DNA of 63,213 bases, counting the filler, from Squatina squatina (Eukaryota): the NCBI GenBank assembly GCA_031763465.1. It is 4 parts of 4 records of this genome, joined end to end, with 100 filler letters (N's around TTAATTAATTAA, not from the genome) between each part and the next. Parts side by side here need not be neighbours in the genome. Positions count along the whole stretch, not along the records: positions 1 to 17,061 come from JARFOE010000057.1; 3 more parts are not named here. One strand, written 5' to 3'. Shown piece after piece: positions 1-12,067 of this stretch; position 1 is the stretch's first letter; the number at the start of each line of letters is the position of its first letter. The notes below the pieces were generated by a model, which was not told the DNA's origin, did not search any database, and worked only from the letters and a program-made list of their open reading frames with translations. Both the position numbers and the translations under genes were made by a program.

Positions 1-1125
1 TGTGCTATGCTCATACATTGTTACTGGATCCTCTCAAACAACTGCAATCTTACTAAAATATAGCTGGGATTCACTGTGGCTCACTTGAAACATGCCCTGC
101 ATTTCTAATCACTCTTAAAATAAACAATTTACCCTTGTTCAGAAGAATAGCAGCATGAGTGAGGGGGTCGAGTACGTCGCTCGGTGAAATACTCCATTTG
201 AACTTTACCATGTCTAATCAGCTTCATTTGAGGATGAGGGTGTGCAAGATTGAAGTTGCAACTGATANNNNNNNNNNTACAATAATTGTTGGTATTTTAA
301 TGCAGCCTGTGGAGGCCAGTAATGAAGGATACTCTATTGAATAATTCAAAAACAGCCTATATTACAATGGAAATATCTGCAGACAAGTACCCAAGCATCC
401 TCCATCAGTTGTGTACGTTTTTCTTTTTGAATATTCAGAAAAGTCTTTTTGTTGTAAATACTTAATGGTTGTAATGTCTTCATGTCAGTGTATGCACTTG
501 CTAGTTTGAGATCTTTGGAAAGGCAGTAAGACACTAACCCACTCTCCTGTACTGAAGTTTATGCNNNNNNNNNNNNNNNNNNNNNNNNNNNNNNNNNNNN
601 NNNNNNNNNNNNNNNNNNNNNNNNNNNNNNNNNNNNNNNNNNNNNNNNNNNNNNNNNNNNNNNNCTAGTGAGAAATGTCCTAACTTGTCAAGTCCCTCAC
701 CCTGGTTACCTGACGAAAGGCCTTACACCGGAAATGATAACTCATCTTTTCTCTTTTCAGACACTGACAGACCTGTTTTCAAAAAAAAGTTTTATTTCAC
801 AATTCCAGCATATATAGGTTTTTAAAAAGACCTGTGGTTTAAGGCTACTGCTATGGATATTGCAGTGCTCAATATTCGGTTAAATCAAAATTATTGTAAA
901 CCTATTTTTTTTTTTATAAAGTCTCCACGGTATGAATGATAAATCCGAAGGGGTATATTTACCACAGTAAATGGTTGTAGAAAATCTGTGTAATTTTTTG
1001 GAATAAATTGTTCTAGACTGGCTAGTAATGATTTATTTTTGAACATTTTGCCACCACCCAAAACCCTGGGAATATATTGGATAATTGGAATGAACTGGAG
1101 CATCCTGTTGATATTTTCTTTGTAG

Positions 1126-1257
1126 ACACTGAGCGTGCAGTGCAGTTACTGGGAGAATACTGCAAGAATCTTCCAGAACAAGAGGAGGAGCAGCTCCGAG
1201 CATCAATTGGGAAAGTCACCAACATTTTCAACAGTGACTTGTTCCAAGCACTATTAG
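1126..1257 (+). CDS. DLG-family L27-domain exon (beta-type N-terminus), probably of the DLG3 locus
   Basis: Acceptor ttctttgtag, donor G|gtaact, 132 nt, phase 1-1. It encodes (D)TERAVQLLGEYCKNLPEQEEEQLRASIGKVTNIFNSDLFQALL, which aligns without gaps to the DLG1 exon [44 protein letters not shown]. Confidence 0.85.
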   Translation, partial: TLSVQCSYWENTARIFQNKRRSSSEHQLGKSPTFSTVTCSKHY

Positions 1258-2162
1258 GTAACTCTTCTTGCTACATGTTTAGATTAGAGTTAAATTTAAA
1301 TATACGGTAAGAATGTGTTAATTCTTGTCAAACCTTTCTGACTTGCACAGCAATTCATACATTTATTGAGGAGTTAGTATGTCTTTCTCTACCAAACAGA
1401 GAATTTTAGAATTAAATAAAAACATATCTTTCCATCAGTTTCACTTACGTATTTTCCCTTGTATGTATGGGAAACAAAATATTTTGACATGGGAACATAG
1501 GATCAGGAGTAAGCCATTCAGCCCCTCAAGACTGTTCCGTCATTCAATTAGATCATGGCTGGTCTGTAACTTAAATCTATTTACCCCCTTGTTTCCATAT
1601 CCCATAATGGCCTTGTCTAACAAAAATCTATCATCCAGTGGTAATAGTTTGAGGGAGAAGTTGTTAAAAGTTGTTGCACCACAAGAAGACACTCTGTTAA
1701 CTAGTAATATGAGTCGCCCAACAGTGTTCAAAGATTGTGCCCAGTTACCTTGTTGGATTGTTTTGCAAGTAATGTTTTCATCCTGTAATCTAATCAGGAC
1801 GAGGTGCTCAGAATTACCTACAAGGAAACTGCTTTTAGATCAAAGTGGAATGCTGGACATAAACATTTCAGAACTATGACTCATTTTGGCTNNNNNNNNN
1901 NNNNNNNNNNNNNNNNNNNNNNNNNNNNNNNNNNNNNNNNNNNNNNNNNNNNNNNNNNNNNNNNNNNNNNNNNNNNNNNNNNNNNNNNNNNTGCTGAGTT
2001 TCGCCCCCTTTATCTTCTTTTGTTCAAAAGAGATCGTCACAAATGAGTTTTGGGGTCCTACCTGGAAATGTTCAGATTAGAGATATCAAGACTAATCTTT
2101 CTTTATGGGTATTATATTACAGAATCCAATCATCAACTTCCTGTGTTTGTATTTTTATGTAG

Positions 2163-2327
2163 AGATATAACAACTGTGATGAGGACAATCTGCTGACCAA
2201 TCGTCATCCATCTAACCGGAGTGCCATAGAGGATATGCCTGAGCTCATACAGATAAAGGAGAAAAATATGTCTGAAGTTGAGAACATTTGCAGCTATGTA
2301 TCACACGTGCATACATCCTGCCCAGAG
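2163..2327 (+). CDS. DLG-family N-terminal (MAGUK_N_PEST-type) exon; not in the ORF track
   Basis: Acceptor tttttatgtag, donor GAG|gtcagt, 165 nt, phase 0-0. It encodes RYNNCDEDNLLTNRHPSNRSAIEDMPELIQIKEKNMSEVENICSYVSHVHTSCPE, homologous to DLG1 KYRYQDED...[31 protein letters not shown]. Confidence 0.8.
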
Positions 2328-4166
2328 GTCAGTGTCACCTTTTCCTTTCTGTATGTATGTGGTATTGTCAAAAGTTAGAGAGTTAGATGGGACATGGTGG
2401 TGCAGTGAATAAGAGACTGTCCTTTTACCACTTGGACCCAGATTCAATGCAGCCCAGATATAGGAAATGAAGTCTGTCATAAAATGTGTTTGTTACAGTC
2501 TCAGTCGGGTTTTCAGTATGTAGTTGAAATTAGCAGTCTTACTAAGGGAGCACAAGGATGGTCATTGTGGGAAACAAAAATGTTACATTGCTGTAGTAAC
2601 AAATAGTGTTAAGGCATTACTCTGGATCTGTCCCGCCTGTACCTCACCCAGGAATGCTTGGTGGGTCAATGTATATGGAGCTTTACACAAGAACGTGTGA
2701 AAAGTCAAGGACAAGAAAAGGCCATTGGGGTCATTGAAGTCCATCCCGCCAGCATCCTCATTATTATATTTGTGTATCCAACAGCATTTTGAGCATTTTG
2801 CATGTTTTGTCTGTACTGGCAAATTATTCCATATACTTTTCAGTTATTNNNNNNNNNNNNNNNNNNNNNNNNNNNNNNNNNNNNNNNNNNNNNNNNNNNN
2901 NNNNNNNNNNNNNNNNNNNNNNNNNNNNNNNNNNNNNNNNNNNNNNNNTGATCAGATTGTGCTATGTGATTGAGTTATTATGAGTTCAGTATGATAATTA
3001 AGTAAACTTTCCAGCGAGACAGGCAGAAGTAAGGGAATAGAAAGGAATAGAGTAAGGACTGGAGAGAGAGAATTTTTTTTAAAAGAGTGATTGGTGTAGA
3101 AAGAATAAGGGCTGGAAAATGCCACAACAGAACAGCGCTATATAATTATCTGGTTTATGTGATGGCGCTTTTTTAAACTGCCTTTCCAGTTTTGTGACAC
3201 CAAGCTACTTAATGCAGATATATGCTGAATAGGGCTGCACAGAAATATCTGAGTAGGATGGTGTGTAACAGTGTGCAGCCCGGTTTAAATCTTGCAGCCT
3301 GAAGCCACAAAATAATTTGAGATCCCAGCTCATCCTGTTAATCCCTCCAAACTAGAGGTAATAAATTGTTACTGATTAGAGCAGTAACTGCTAAGAACCC
3401 TTGCAATGATGTCAAATAACCTGAACAAAGAAGTAAGGAAATTAAACACATGCAGATGCTTTTTGCTGTGTACAAAAAAAACAAGGCTCAGCAGAGCTGA
3501 AACATTGAAGACTGACACAAGACTATAATTACAGCTTAGACCTTTCATTCAGAATCGTTCATTGTGTGTGTAAATGTGAAACAGAAAAAAACTGCTTCTA
3601 TTTTGAAGACCAACAAAGTGCTGTTTTTTTATGTAGTCTTTAAATTAACAGAGATTGAGCAGTCCTTTTGTGGTCTGTTTGTACATGCTTCCTGGCAGGT
3701 TGATAACAAATTGTAAAGACAAAAATACTTGGGCCTTATGCTGGCCTGCTGTCAAATTAAATACCTCTCCATAATGTATGAAGAAACGCAGGGGACTGAT
3801 ATCTGATGCAGGGCACTTGAATCTGTCTCTCAGTGTGCATTGTTATGACCCAGTCACACAGAGATTATCAGTGGTGCATCACTAATCTGAGCAAAGGAAG
3901 GACAGTGCTGTGTTTACATTTATTCCATTCCTCTTTGTTGGGAACTCATCAGACAATCTTAACTGTTTATAGGGAGAAACTCTGGTTCGGAATTAGTCAG
4001 GGTGAAAAATATTTTTATTTTGATACAAGTGTTTAAAGAACTTCTTGAATCCATTGTTGTCTTGCNNNNNNNNNNNNNNNNNNNNNNNNNNNNNNNNNNN
4101 NNNNNNNNNNNNNNNNNNNNNNNNNNNNNNNNNNNNNNNNNNNNNNNNNNNNNNNNNNNNNNNNNA

Positions 4167-4328
4167 TATGAGGGAGAAGGGAATGGACGGTTATGCTGAT
4201 AGAGTTAGATGAGGAAAACAGGAGGAGGCTCGAGTGGAGCATAAACACTGACATGGCCTGGTTGGGCTGAATGGCCTGTTTCTATGTCATACATCCTATG
4301 TAATGTAATCCTATGTAATAATGTAATG
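4167..4328 (+). mobile_element. CR1-type LINE 3' end with repeated tail
   Basis: gtggagcataaacac...ggttgggctgaatggcctgtttct followed by (atcctatgtaat)x2. Homologous to 41029-41140. Confidence 0.75.
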
Positions 4329-6640
4329 TGCTGGCTGCCTTTAAGTGGTGTCAGCAAAGCCCAAATTCCCACCCCTCCAAACAACCAATAAGTGGTGCTG
4401 GCTGCATGCCTGACTCATGATACTGAGCTGGCAGCACTGATTTGCAGTGGTCCCTGTGACCACATGACCAGGCGCCCCTCCCACTGTGCGCCCATTTTTC
4501 GACACAATCAAAGTTCTAGGCCCCTGGCTATCTGTGTCTCTATCGAAGTCTCTCTCTCTGTCCCACACTCTGGCTCTCTGTTTATTCTTCCAGTATTTAT
4601 TCCTCTCTGACCGGCCTTGTCTCTCCGTATCTCTCCCTTTGGCTCTGTGTTTGTATGTCTCATTTTCTCGCTGGTAGTAGGCTACAATGTTAACAGCAGG
4701 TCGCCTGTGCACGGAGGTGTTGTACACGTGTCTGTGTTTGCAAGCTGTGGCTGAATTGGAATGATCAGAGATTACTGAGTGTTTGATCTTTTTCTGTCTG
4801 AATGCTGTTTATTATTCAAACTGCCTCCTGTGTATGTACAGCAGCTGCATGTTAAAAATGTTGTTACTGTGATTGTTTGGATGCACACATTTTGGGTTCA
4901 GGAAAACCTAGCCTCAGGACACTNNNNNNNNNNNNNNNNNNNNNNNNNNNNNNNNNNNNNNNNNNNNNNNNNNNNNNNNNNNNNNNNNNNNNNNNNNNNN
5001 NNNNNNNNNNNNNNNNNNNNNNNNNNNNNNNNNNNNNNNNNNNNNNNNNNNNNNNNNNNNNNNNNNNNNNNNNNNNNNNNNNNNNNNNNNNNNNNNNNNN
5101 NNNNNNNNNNNNNNNNNNNNNNNNNNNNNNNNNNNNNNNNNNNNNNNNNNNNNNNNNNNNNNNNNNNNNNNNNNNNNNNNNNNNNNNNNNNNNNNNNNNN
5201 NNNNNNNNNNNNNNNNNNNNNNNNNNNNNNNNNNNNNNNNNNNNNNNNNNNNNNNNNNNNNNNNNNNNNNNNNNNNNNNNNNNNNNNNNNNNNNNNNNNN
5301 NNNNAATTTCTGAATGTGGATTAACCGCCACTCTACAGCATGTGTTGTATTATCTTTAACTGACAAATGTATGTTTTCACATTCAGAATTGACTCTTATT
5401 CACATATGCACAGTAACGTTGAGTCCAGGATTGTTCATGACCCGTCCACAGTATGTACTATGTTGCCCTTGAGATCATCCTATTGCCAAACAACTCAACA
5501 CATAATCTTATGTACTGTTTCAAGTATCTATCACCACCCTCGCATTCTCTGCGCGTACAAGCTTTACCCACCCACCAAACATAAATCAGCTGGATGGCTA
5601 CAACTCCTTTGCTATCATCCCTCTGATACTATGGAAACAGCCGGAAAGCTAACAGCACCTCCTTCCAAAGAGCCCACTCACTGCCGTACTTCTCTCTGTT
5701 GCTTTCTTTTTCACATCCTATGTGATAGGTGCCCAGGCTCTGGCAATAACTATGTTCCCCAATTTCACCTATGACACGACAGCCTACACTAGCAACAGTG
5801 GCACAGTACTGGAACCGGTGGTAAAATGGTTATTTCAACGCAAATTAATCTGTATTTTCAAGTAAGCCANNNNNNNNNNNNNNNNNNNNNNNNNNNNNNN
5901 NNNNNNNNNNNNNNNNNNNNNNNNNNNNNNNNNNNNNNNNNNNNNNNNNNNNNNNNNNNNNNNNNNNNNAAGGTTGCTGCCTTTTGAGAATTAGTCTGGA
6001 GAGAGATTCTGTGTCATTTTGCGTAGAATTAGACCTCACTCCCCCTTCATCTGTCATATCATTACGATAGCCCTAGCAAGCAGCCAAAAGGTCCTGATGC
6101 TGAGTGACTAGGATGTACTAATCAAGTCCCGAGTTACCCATCAGAACACATTCACCGATGCAGATGGCTTGTCATAGCAACTAAGGAACATGGGGCAACA
6201 GTTCCAATCCCCAGGGTCATCATGATAGTGCAGCTTAATATTGGTGCTGCATTTGTTCAGTGTGGTTTTATTGGATTTCTAACAGCAGTATATCCCGTGA
6301 TATACTGAAGTGATGCAGACTATGGATGCTGCTGCTGACAGAGCTGGGTATCTGATTGCTGTTCTGTGCAGCACATTGATTGGTGCTGTCTGAGAGAAGG
6401 TTGCTGGAGGGATGCTTGCATCCTCAAGTCTTACACTGGCCAGCGTCGAGCGCTCTGCAGTTCCAGCTTTTGCCTCCGCTGGCAAGGTCTGCCATTAACA
6501 GTAAGAAGCAGAAAGAAGAAGGGACAAAGAACGGGGACTATTTCCTCCTGGATTGAAAATAAAGAGAAGAATTTGATTTTTTTCCCTCTGACTCCAAAGG
6601 TGGAAAATAAGAAAATTTTAATTGAAAGATAGTGTCGGTC

Positions 6641-6961
6641 ATGAAAGCAAATCTGCACAAGAACCATCACTGCTGCAAGTGCCCAGAGTGCTATGAGGCA
6701 ACCAGGATGGCAGCTCTCCGTCGGATGGAACCACAGAATTACACTGAATGGCAGCACGAACCGTATGGATATGGTGGTTTCAGCTCTCAGACGCTGCCAT
6801 CTTCGTCAGGAGCTGCCGCCAGGAATAAAACCAAGCTCATCCCGACTTCCCGTGATAGCGGACCGATTAAAAGCCAAAATAAGAGCGTACCTAAGGTGAA
6901 CGGCAACAGTGGGGGATGGTGGCCGGAGTGTACATGTTCTACACGTGACTGGTATGAACAG
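6641..6961 (+). CDS. DLG3: DLG3/SAP102 first coding exon (Cys/His-rich N-terminus)
   Basis: MKANLHKNHHCCKCPECYEATRMAALRRMEP...SSQTLPS...KTKLIPT...WWPECTCSTRDWYEQ closely matches SAP102 MHKHQHCCKCPECYEVTRLAALRRLEP...WWPECTCTNRDWYEQ. Donor CAG|gtatgg, phase 0. There is an in-frame upstream stop at 6623. Confidence 0.95.
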
Positions 6962-7241
6962 GTATGGATAGTAATATTTTTTCATTCAAACCCTTTTGAG
7001 ACCTGTGTTGTGAAGGCTGCTGTCTACTGCAGCAGTNNNNNNNNNNNNNNNNNNNNNNNNNNNNNNNNNNNNNNNNNNNNNNNNNNNNNNNNNNNNNNNN
7101 NNNNNNNNNNNNNNNNNNNNNNNNNNNNNNNNNNNNNNNNNNNNNNNNNNNNNNNNNNNNNNNNNNNNNNNNNNNNNNNNNNNNNNNNNNNNNNNNNNNN
7201 NNNNNNNNNNNNNNNNNNNNNNNNNNNNNNNNNNNNNNNNN

Positions 7242-7556
7242 CGAATCACCGCCGGCCTGTGCTTGTACTGCGGGGGTGGGGGACACCTCATTAAGGAATG
7301 CCCATTCCTAAAAGTAACATTAAGCACCCCACCACGCACATGTCACTCCTTTTGTGTCAATGCTACCCTTTCCTATAATAATCATGTTGTGTCTGTTTCT
7401 CCCCTAATAGATTCGGGTTCGCCTGGGAATTTTATTTCATCTGCTCTTCTTTCCTCGCTGCATGCTCCTGTGTCGAAGCTTCCAACCCCGATCGTGATTA
7501 AAGCTCTCGATGGCAACCCATTAGGAAACTCGCCTGTTGAATTTATTACAAAGTAA
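7242..7556 (+). mobile_element. Ty3/gypsy (sushi-like) LTR retrotransposon fragment: Gag zinc knuckle plus aspartic protease
   Basis: RITAGLCLYCGGGGHLIKECP (CX2CX4HX4C) is followed in frame by LIDSGSPGNFIS (D-S-G protease motif) and IVIKALDG. Truncated by a gap on the left and a stop on the right. Confidence 0.85.
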
Positions 7557-10500
7557 TTCTGAGGAGGATTTTAATTTTCTTACTGCAAATTGAAATTGTT
7601 TTTATTTGGTTATGTTTTATTAATTATTTGTAATAAATTTGATGAACTATGGCATGTCCCACTATTATTATCTGATAGATTCTATGGTTTGGGTGTTGTT
7701 CCAGTCCCCATCCCCCAAACAACCAACACGGCTGATTGTATTAGACTTACATCAAGCACAAGTGTTTGTGCAAGGCTGCACCATCCAGCAGGGAGTGGTG
7801 AAGTAAGCGATGGATAATCAGCATTCGGCTCTGAGAGCTGCTGCTGCTTAAAGCTCAATAATGTCACACTAGCCTACCCTGACAGGCAATGCGATCTTTT
7901 AGAATAAACCACCCTGTGCATCTTCAGTGCATTCCATTTTTTAAAAATTTATACACCATCCTGAGTTCTTTAAATATAAAAAAAAAAGACGACACAGGCT
8001 CTGATGTGAGATGTGGAGTCGCTCAACTGTGCTGTGTGTGACGTCACAGCTGAGCACATCATACACATAAAAACGAAGCCTTAACCCATTGAGTGCTGTC
8101 TCATTTAGATGATCCTGGCAGGTCCAAAATGGAGACTAGTATTAATAAGCATTCACTCTCAGCTGATTAAACTGCAACAGTTCCCTGCTGTTAATGGGAA
8201 GCGACACTGTTGCTGTGTTTTAAATGAATAGATGACTGGCCTGCTGTACCGCCACTGCTGAACCAGTACTGAAAGGAGAATACAAAGCAGTCTGATACTA
8301 CATGGATCACTAAGTAATCAGTTTAAGGATGAAGTTGATCTTGAAGCTTGTTCATATTTTCAATAACGTGTGGATCAAGTAAACTTAAAGGAGCCTTTGA
8401 ATACAATAATCAGCAGGTAACTGGAATTTGTGCACTGTAAATCATGACATTTTCAGCTTTCAGGGAGTGGGGTCCCCATCTGAATAGTATCATACTTTTT
8501 CACATTTTTAAATAAACACATAGATTTTCTGAGCAAACCTTAGTTGGGTGTTGTGTTCATAACATATAGCACAGGAGGCAATTCAGCCCATCTTGCCTGT
8601 CCTAGCTCTTTGAAAGAGTAATCCAATTTGTACCACTCCCTTGGTCTTTCCCCACAGCCCAGCATTTTTTTCNNNNNNNNNNNNNNNNNNNNNNNNNNNN
8701 NNNNNNNNNNNNNNNNNNNNNNNNNNNNNNNNNNNNNNNNNNNNNNNNNNNNNNNNNNNNNNNNNNNNNNNNCCTAGAGATGTTGCTGTGCGAATTGCAT
8801 AAAACCTTTTGGCTCGGCAGGTGGAAGAGTTAAAAAAGCTGTGTTCTCATACGATGAAGTGATACCATTTTGATATTACCATTATTGAATTTTGTTAATG
8901 AAATAAACATTGCCTGCCTAAGTCACTTTCTTTATATAAAAAAAAAATGAATTGGCAGATATTTAGATCACTGAATGGTGAACAGTTGGCTTCAACCTGA
9001 CAAAGTGACAGGGGACGGCGATGGAATTTGTGGCAATGGATGGAAGTTTGTGGCTGGCGCTGAAGGCAGTGTGGCCCTACTGCAGTGTGTCTGAAGAGTG
9101 AAGTCATTGATCTGGAAGGACATAGGGTGAAGATGTCTTCCATATGCTAGTGTGGCAAAATCGATGTAAATATGTTAATTAAGTCTTTTCTTCTCCACGG
9201 CAGGACAGTCAGACACCCAGATAGCCACTGTCATAAAAAAGACATTTTGGGGGTCACGTTCCCGATATGTAGGTCTTTAAACCCCTGCCCCTGACCCTCT
9301 CCCACGGGCTATGCAGGGGTTAATATCGAGGCCTATGCCTCTAACCTCACTCTCTTCCACAGCAATGGTGGAGTACCTCCTCATGAGTTCTTTAGCTTGC
9401 ATGAGGCACTTCAGGATGGGGATACCATCTCTGATGATATTATGCGCCATTTCCTCCTGCAACAGATTGAATGAATTTGGTGAAAGCTAGCATTTGAGGA
9501 GAATCTGCCAGATGGTATGAGATGGCTGAATTAAGAGGTGTGGTGGTATTGCCCTGTTAAAGTGGAGGAATGGGTTTCAAGGTTGGTAATGCAAGTTAAT
9601 ACTATTAGATGGAAATGGATACCCATAGTTTAAGATTGCAAATTAGTGCGTCCCCCATTATGTCCAGAGTGCATTGTGAAAAGTTAGTTGTGCAACTGTT
9701 AATTTTAGAGGGTGGAACAGTGTGCTGCTGCACAGGGAGCCTCAGGAAGAAAGGCAGAATAGGCTAGTGTGTTACCTTGCCTGTCCTGGTCAGGTCATTG
9801 AATTAAATGTAAGACTGGTCTGGAGCCTTGGGGGTGAGAGAAGTGACACTCAGTGACATGAGAGACATTTTTTTGGATGTTACCTCCCTCAGACATCCAG
9901 CAATCTGTCTGTGCCCAGCTCTATTTGTAGGTCTGACTTATTGAAATTCTGGGCACTTCTTTTATGCTTCTGTATCATGCCCTTGTCCCTTCTTTGTCTG
10001 CCTCTGCTAGCTGCTCCTGACATTCTTGAAACGTGACACAAAAATACTCATGAGACATCTATTCAAGGTGGCTGACTTAACTCACTAAGCCAAGCATTTT
10101 GGTATTTACCTGCTACTCCCCAGCCACTGCTGGAATCTTCAGCCAGAACTATCTCTTTAAAGTCTGCAGTCTAATTTCCAAGCACTCCAGCACATTACTC
10201 CCGTTTTACACAAGATTTACACCAATGGTATGTAAATGAGCTGGCCCACAAAATACTGGTACAAATGGTTGTGCAGACAGTCGGTGGGCACATCTTTTAC
10301 TGTGTTGGTACTAATGGGGCACAACTCACTGCATGGAATTTCATGGCCCATATGCCCACTTGTGACTGTATGTTTCGATTTGTTTTTGTTACACAATAAA
10401 AGCACAACAGCAATACTAAATTCAGCTTAAAATCTATAGCCTAGAAATTACGATTGGTTATATTAACAAGCACTTAACGCATCCTTGGAATATCCTTCTG

Positions 10501-11529
10501 CCAGCTATTTTAACAGAATTGTTAACCTGTTTATCTAAAACGGAATGTTATCAAACCATGTTAAATGTTTGTCTACTAATAATGCCAACGGTAATTTCTA
10601 AGCTTATATTTCTAACATCAGAAGGGACCTAGTTAATATTTTTGAATAATTACAATAGTCATATGTTGTTTTGCTAAACACAGCTTGATTTTCAGCATTG
10701 GTTCAAAAATTTACCTTCCCAGTGGTGAAAGTTTGAGATCCTGTCAAAGCTGAAATCAGATACTCCCCATGTGTTTAGAAGTGCCTACTATTTAAATAGA
10801 ACTATTAGTGTTGAATGCTGTTCTACATGACTCATGAGACACATCTTGGCAATGATTTCACTTTACAAATTTGTACAAACATCTGAACAAATGTGAGTAA
10901 ATAACCAAAAGAGTGAATACTGGTCTGCAGATCCTGATCCAGCCAAAGCTCCAACTATGGAGGGATCTGAACTTTCCAATTTGAACACATGTTGATCATA
11001 ATGGTAAAAGTGGTTGTGTTATCAATGTTCAACACTACCACATTAACTGATTATTATGTTATGTTGACAAAGTAAGCTAACAACATCTGGGGCATTGAAA
11101 AATAGCTTGCATTTATATAGTGCTGTTACACATTAAGGTCTAAGATATTCTCTTGGGTATAGCGATGCGAGTCATTTCCATAAATAGTCTGAACATCTTT
11201 CATTTAGGGGTGTGGTTGTTGTGNNNNNNNNNNNNNNNNNNNNNNNNNNNNNNNNNNNNNNNNNNNNNNNNNNNNNNNNNNNNNNNNNNNNNNNNNNNNN
11301 NNNNNNNNNNNNNNNNNNNNNNNTGCATTCACGTCCGCGTTTGATTTAATGTCTGCTTTGACTTAGCACAACAGCTATTTTGTTCATGGTTTTGTTTTCG
11401 AGTGTGCAGCTGGCTCTCCAATAAGTTGCTGCTGTAATTATAGAACAGGTATCAGAAACCAGATACCCCATATGTTCCCAGTCTGTTGCTGTTTTGAATG
11501 GCAAAATACACTTCTTATTCTCAAAGGAC

Positions 11530-11805
11530 AAGAAAGAGCTTGCATTTATACCATGCCTTTCACTGTATTTCTCTGCCAATGAAGTACTTTTAAAAGTACA
11601 GTTACTGTTAAAACATAGAGAAAGTCAGCAGCCAATTTGCACACAGCAAGGTCCCAATAGCTCAGAGATAGATGACCAGATAATCTATTTCAGTATTGTT
11701 GTTTGAGGGATAGATGTTGGCCATGACACTGGAAAAACACTCTGCCCTTCTTAAAATAATGTACACGGATCTTTAGCATCCACCTGAGGGAGCAAACAGG
11801 ATCTC
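11530..11805 (-). mobile_element. Partial Deu-domain SINE
   Basis: aagaaagagcttgcatttata...gcagccaatttgcacacagcaaggtccca...cacctgaggg aligns with 43764-44050. Confidence 0.8.
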
Positions 11806-11885
11806 CTCTTGTTTTATGTCACTGTACCATACAACATTGTCTCACTGAAAGAAAGACTATAAATGCAAGTCTTTCTTTGAATGAA

Positions 11886-12067
11886 ATAGAGCTTGACTTT
11901 GTGTGATAGTGTAAGATGGGAGATAGTAAGTCGGCAGCCCCTTTTAGATTTCTCCTAGTTTTTAATTAAATTTAAGTCAATTAAAATAAAAAATCGGCTA
12001 GAATTTAAAATGGGCGGCCGATTTGCTATCATCTGTTTTACACTATCGCTCAAAGTCAAAATTACCC
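11886..12067. mobile_element. Palindromic MITE (family A)
   Basis: Imperfect inverted arms of about 55 bp (ttgactttgtgtgatagtgtaa...tcggcagccc / gggcggccga...ttacactatcgctcaaagtcaa) surround an AT-rich spacer. Confidence 0.75.

Noticed and set aside
1379-1879. 166-aa ORF between the DLG exons
   Set aside because: It overlaps a CR1 tail fragment and has no DIQEFYE-like sequence or recognisable domain.
7679-7802. Possible DLG proline-rich alternative exon ending at GAA|gtaagc
   Set aside because: No in-frame ATG or phase-0 acceptor, and no convincing similarity to DLG inserts.
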